Below, in pieces: positions 26,859-29,372 of a stretch of 29,372 nt of DNA. The notes below the pieces were generated by a model. The model saw nothing but the letters and a program-made list of their open reading frames with translations. It searched no databases and was not told where the DNA came from. Origin of the DNA: a virus (taxonomy: Duplodnaviria > Caudoviricetes); IMG/VR virus record IMGVR_UViG_3300037458_000198, positions 1 to 29,372 of that record; one strand, 5' to 3'. The position numbers and the translations under genes are program-made. The number at the start of each line of letters is the position of its first letter. Positions within the stretch are counted from its first letter, which is position 1.

Positions 26859-27704
26859 ATGACGACCAAGCACAAATACCTTAGCAATAAGGAATTATTG
26901 AAGGAAATACACAAGAGCAAGAACACTTATTGTGAGTTTGCTGATCCAGAATATCAACAATACGATATCATCGTAGATAAGCTGAAGGACATATTCAAGC
27001 CTTCGGTTCAGAAGAAAGCTCGAGAAAACCGTGCTGCTCGTCTATCTCAAGAACTATACCGTGGATCTATCGACGAGTATGATGGTCCGATTACTGGAAA
27101 GCCTAAATTAGCCGACTTCAAGATTGATCCTAAGTCGTTCAAGGACTCAGAGATTGTCTATAGAGTTATGACGTTTGAGCATATTCCAGAAGAACCTACT
27201 CGTAAAAAGAATCCTAAGAAAGAATCAGAATTTTACGCCAAGCTAAACTTCAAGCCATTCAAGCATTACATCATAAAGCGAAAGAAGGCAGTAGAAGTTG
27301 GGCGCAGTCATACTAAAAATGGAGAGTTTTCGCTAACTCACGGTGGCATGACTGACAAGCTTGCTAGAATGTTTATTCTTCTCGTTGAACGCTACAGTCA
27401 GAGAGCTAACTGGCGCGGCTATACATATGTAGACGAAATGAAGGGACAGAGCTTACTTCAGTTATCGCAAATGGGCTTACAGTTTGACGAAGCAAAAAGC
27501 GACAACCCATTTGCTTATTACACTGCGGCTATTACCAATAGTTTTACCCGAGTATTGAATACAGAAAAGAATAGTCAAAAGGTTCGTGATGAAATTCTCA
27601 TCGACATGGGACAAACCCCAAGCTTCGCAAGACAGATTCAACACGAAGAAGACGTTCGCAGAATGCGAGAAGAAGCAGCACAACATACAGACGAAAACGA
27701 GTGA
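26859..27704 (+). CDS. gp55: RNA polymerase sigma factor for late transcription (T4 gp55-like)
   Basis: 'YLSNKELLKEI...RYSQRANWRGYTYVDEM....L......FD..KS.NPFAYYT....NSF.R' motifs, and the T4-like 55-47-46 gene order. Confidence 0.9.
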   Translation: MTTKHKYLSNKELLKEIHKSKNTYCEFADPEYQQYDIIVDKLKDIFKPSVQKKARENRAARLSQELYRGSIDEYDGPITGKPKLADFKIDPKSFKDSEIVYRVMTFEHIPEEPTRKKNPKKESEFYAKLNFKPFKHYIIKRKKAVEVGRSHTKNGEFSLTHGGMTDKLARMFILLVERYSQRANWRGYTYVDEMKGQSLLQLSQMGLQFDEAKSDNPFAYYTAAITNSFTRVLNTEKNSQKVRDEILIDMGQTPSFARQIQHEEDVRRMREEAAQHTDENE

Positions 27705-27709
27705 TCTGA

Positions 27710-28735
27710 ATGACATCTAAGAAAAGTCAGCTTTTCAAGAAGGCTGCGTGTTTTACGGACATCCACTTTGGATTGAAGCACAACTCGCGGCAACACAACG
27801 ACGACTGTGAGCGTTTTGTGTTGTGGTTCATCGAACAGGCAAAACAAAGAGGTTGCGAAACTTGCTTCTTCTTAGGAGACTGGCATCACCATAGAGCCAA
27901 CGTCAACGTATCTACGTTGAACTACACTGTCTCGAACCTCAGCTTTCTAAATGACGCCTTTGAAAAGGTATACTTCATCGCAGGTAATCACGATCTCTAC
28001 TATAGAGAAAAACGTGAGATTCATTCCTTGCCAATGGCTAAGAAGTTTCCTAACATTCAGCTTATTGATGACACGTTTATAGACGGAGATGTTGCTATTC
28101 TTCCGTGGTTGGTCGGTAATGAGTGGAAGAAGATCGAGAAGATCAAGACAAAATACATGTTTGGTCATTTCGAACTTCCGAGCTTCTATATGAACGCATT
28201 AGTAGAGATGCCAGATCATGGCGGCTTAGCTGCGGATCATTTCAAACATCAAGACTACGTGTTCTCTGGTCACTTTCACAAGCGACAACAACGCGGTAAG
28301 ATTCACTATATCGGTAATCCGTTTGGTCATAACTATGCTGACATTTGGGATTTCGATCGTGGTGCTATGTTCTTAGAATGGGGTGAAGAGCCGGAGTATG
28401 TAAACTGGGCCGATGGTCCTCGATATATTTCATTGGATCTTAGCACTCTGTTAGAAGAGCCCGAAAAATATCTTAACGAACATACTCACGCAAAGGTTAC
28501 ACTCGACGTTGACATCTCTTACGAAGAAGCTAACTTCCTACGAGAAACGTTTGTAGAAAACTTCAAAATTAGAGAACTAAGGCTCATTCCAAGGCGCGAT
28601 GACGACGAACTAAATGTTGCTACAGGAGACATCAAGTTTGAGACTGTTGATCAGATTGTCACAGATCAGCTCAACGCCATCGATAGCCAAAGCTACGATA
28701 AGGGCAAACTCATTTCTTTGTATAACGAACTATGA
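27710..28735 (+). CDS. gp47: Recombination nuclease subunit, gp47 / Mre11 / SbcD-like
   Basis: Metallophosphoesterase motifs DIHFG, LGD, GNHD, GHF and SGHFH. Confidence 0.95.
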   Translation: MTSKKSQLFKKAACFTDIHFGLKHNSRQHNDDCERFVLWFIEQAKQRGCETCFFLGDWHHHRANVNVSTLNYTVSNLSFLNDAFEKVYFIAGNHDLYYREKREIHSLPMAKKFPNIQLIDDTFIDGDVAILPWLVGNEWKKIEKIKTKYMFGHFELPSFYMNALVEMPDHGGLAADHFKHQDYVFSGHFHKRQQRGKIHYIGNPFGHNYADIWDFDRGAMFLEWGEEPEYVNWADGPRYISLDLSTLLEEPEKYLNEHTHAKVTLDVDISYEEANFLRETFVENFKIRELRLIPRRDDDELNVATGDIKFETVDQIVTDQLNAIDSQSYDKGKLISLYNEL

Positions 28736-29372
28736 TAGTCATCAAAAATATAGCCATTCGAAACTTCATGTCTGTCGGACAGGTCACGCAAAGCATTAGC
28801 TTTGAGAATAAGGATCTGGTGCTGGTTCTCGGTGAGAATCTTGACCTCGGTGGGCACGATGCGAGAAACGGCGTAGGTAAAAGCACCATTGTAAATGCGC
28901 TATCATATGCGCTATATGGTGTTGCCCTCACAAACATTCGTAAGGACAACCTTATCAACAAGACTAACGGCAAGAACATGTCCGTTACCTTAGAATTTGC
29001 TAAGGATGGTATCGAATATAGAGTAGAGAGAGGACGCAAGCCTAATAAGTTTGCGTTTATTATCGCCGGCAACGAGTTCAACTCTGAGGAGACCGACGAG
29101 GCACAAGGCGAGAACAGAATCACGCAAGAAGAGCTGGAGCGCACATTAGGCCTAAGTCACACCATGTTCAAGAACATTGTGGCGCTGAATACCTACTCCG
29201 AGCCGTTCCTTAGTATGAAGGCTAACGAACAGCGCGAAATTATTGAACAGCTTCTTGGTATTACAAAGCTCAGCGAAAAGGCGGACCTGCTCAAGGAGCG
29301 GCTGCGTGAGACAAAGGATAGCATCAAGGAAGAGGAGTTCCGCATACAGGCTATTCGCGAGGCTAACAAGCG
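28732..29372 (+). CDS. gp46: Recombination ATPase subunit, gp46 / Rad50 / SbcC-like; truncated by the window end
   Basis: Absent from the ORF track. ATGA overlap with the gp47 stop. Manual translation MIVIKNIAIRNFMSVG...GENLDLGGHDARNGVGKSTIVNALSYALYG (Walker A), leading into a coiled coil. Confidence 0.95.
   Translation, partial: MIVIKNIAIRNFMSVGQVTQSISFENKDLVLVLGENLDLGGHDARNGVGKSTIVNALSYALYGVALTNIRKDNLINKTNGKNMSVTLEFAKDGIEYRVERGRKPNKFAFIIAGNEFNSEETDEAQGENRITQEELERTLGLSHTMFKNIVALNTYSEPFLSMKANEQREIIEQLLGITKLSEKADLLKERLRETKDSIKEEEFRIQAIREANK

Noticed and set aside
27477-29144. Minus-strand ORFs opposite gp55/gp47/gp46, including the 144-aa ORF at 28710-29144
   Set aside because: Antisense to clearly conserved genes. 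The real gene at the right end is plus-strand gp46.
1-29372. Stop-codon reassignment, CRISPR array, tRNA or other RNA genes
   Set aside because: Genes are intact and tightly packed in the standard code, intergenic gaps are short, and no repeat-spacer or cloverleaf pattern was seen.

Overview
The window is a fragment of a large T4-related (jumbo-type) myophage genome using the standard genetic code. Most of it (1-26710, minus strand) is a late baseplate/tail-fibre module. In transcription order it encodes a tube-initiator-like protein, a gp53/LysM-like wedge, a gp27-like hub, a gp5-like spike without lysozyme, gp25, a 1462-aa gp6-like wedge, a 3940-aa gp7-like wedge, a 42-aa ORF missed by the ORF track, three virion/fibre proteins, a probable fibre chaperone and two tandem DxD glycosyltransferases. 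Five T4-like late promoters (TGATAAATA/TATAAATA) lie in the intergenic gaps of this module. A small plus-strand cassette with a sigma70 promoter interrupts it between gp5 and gp25. On the right, a sigma70 promoter drives the gp55 late sigma factor, gp47 and a truncated gp46. The most notable observations are: (1) recursive 'Russian-doll' nesting of repeat domains inside both giant wedge proteins; (2) a late-promoter operon joining a fibre chaperone to two glycosyltransferases, a candidate virion-glycosylation system, whose ribosome-binding site is masked by a hairpin straddling the promoter; and (3) a near-leaderless microprotein resembling the N-terminus of its neighbour. All family calls come from motif recognition and gene order, not database searches. 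Sub-gene coordinates are approximate.
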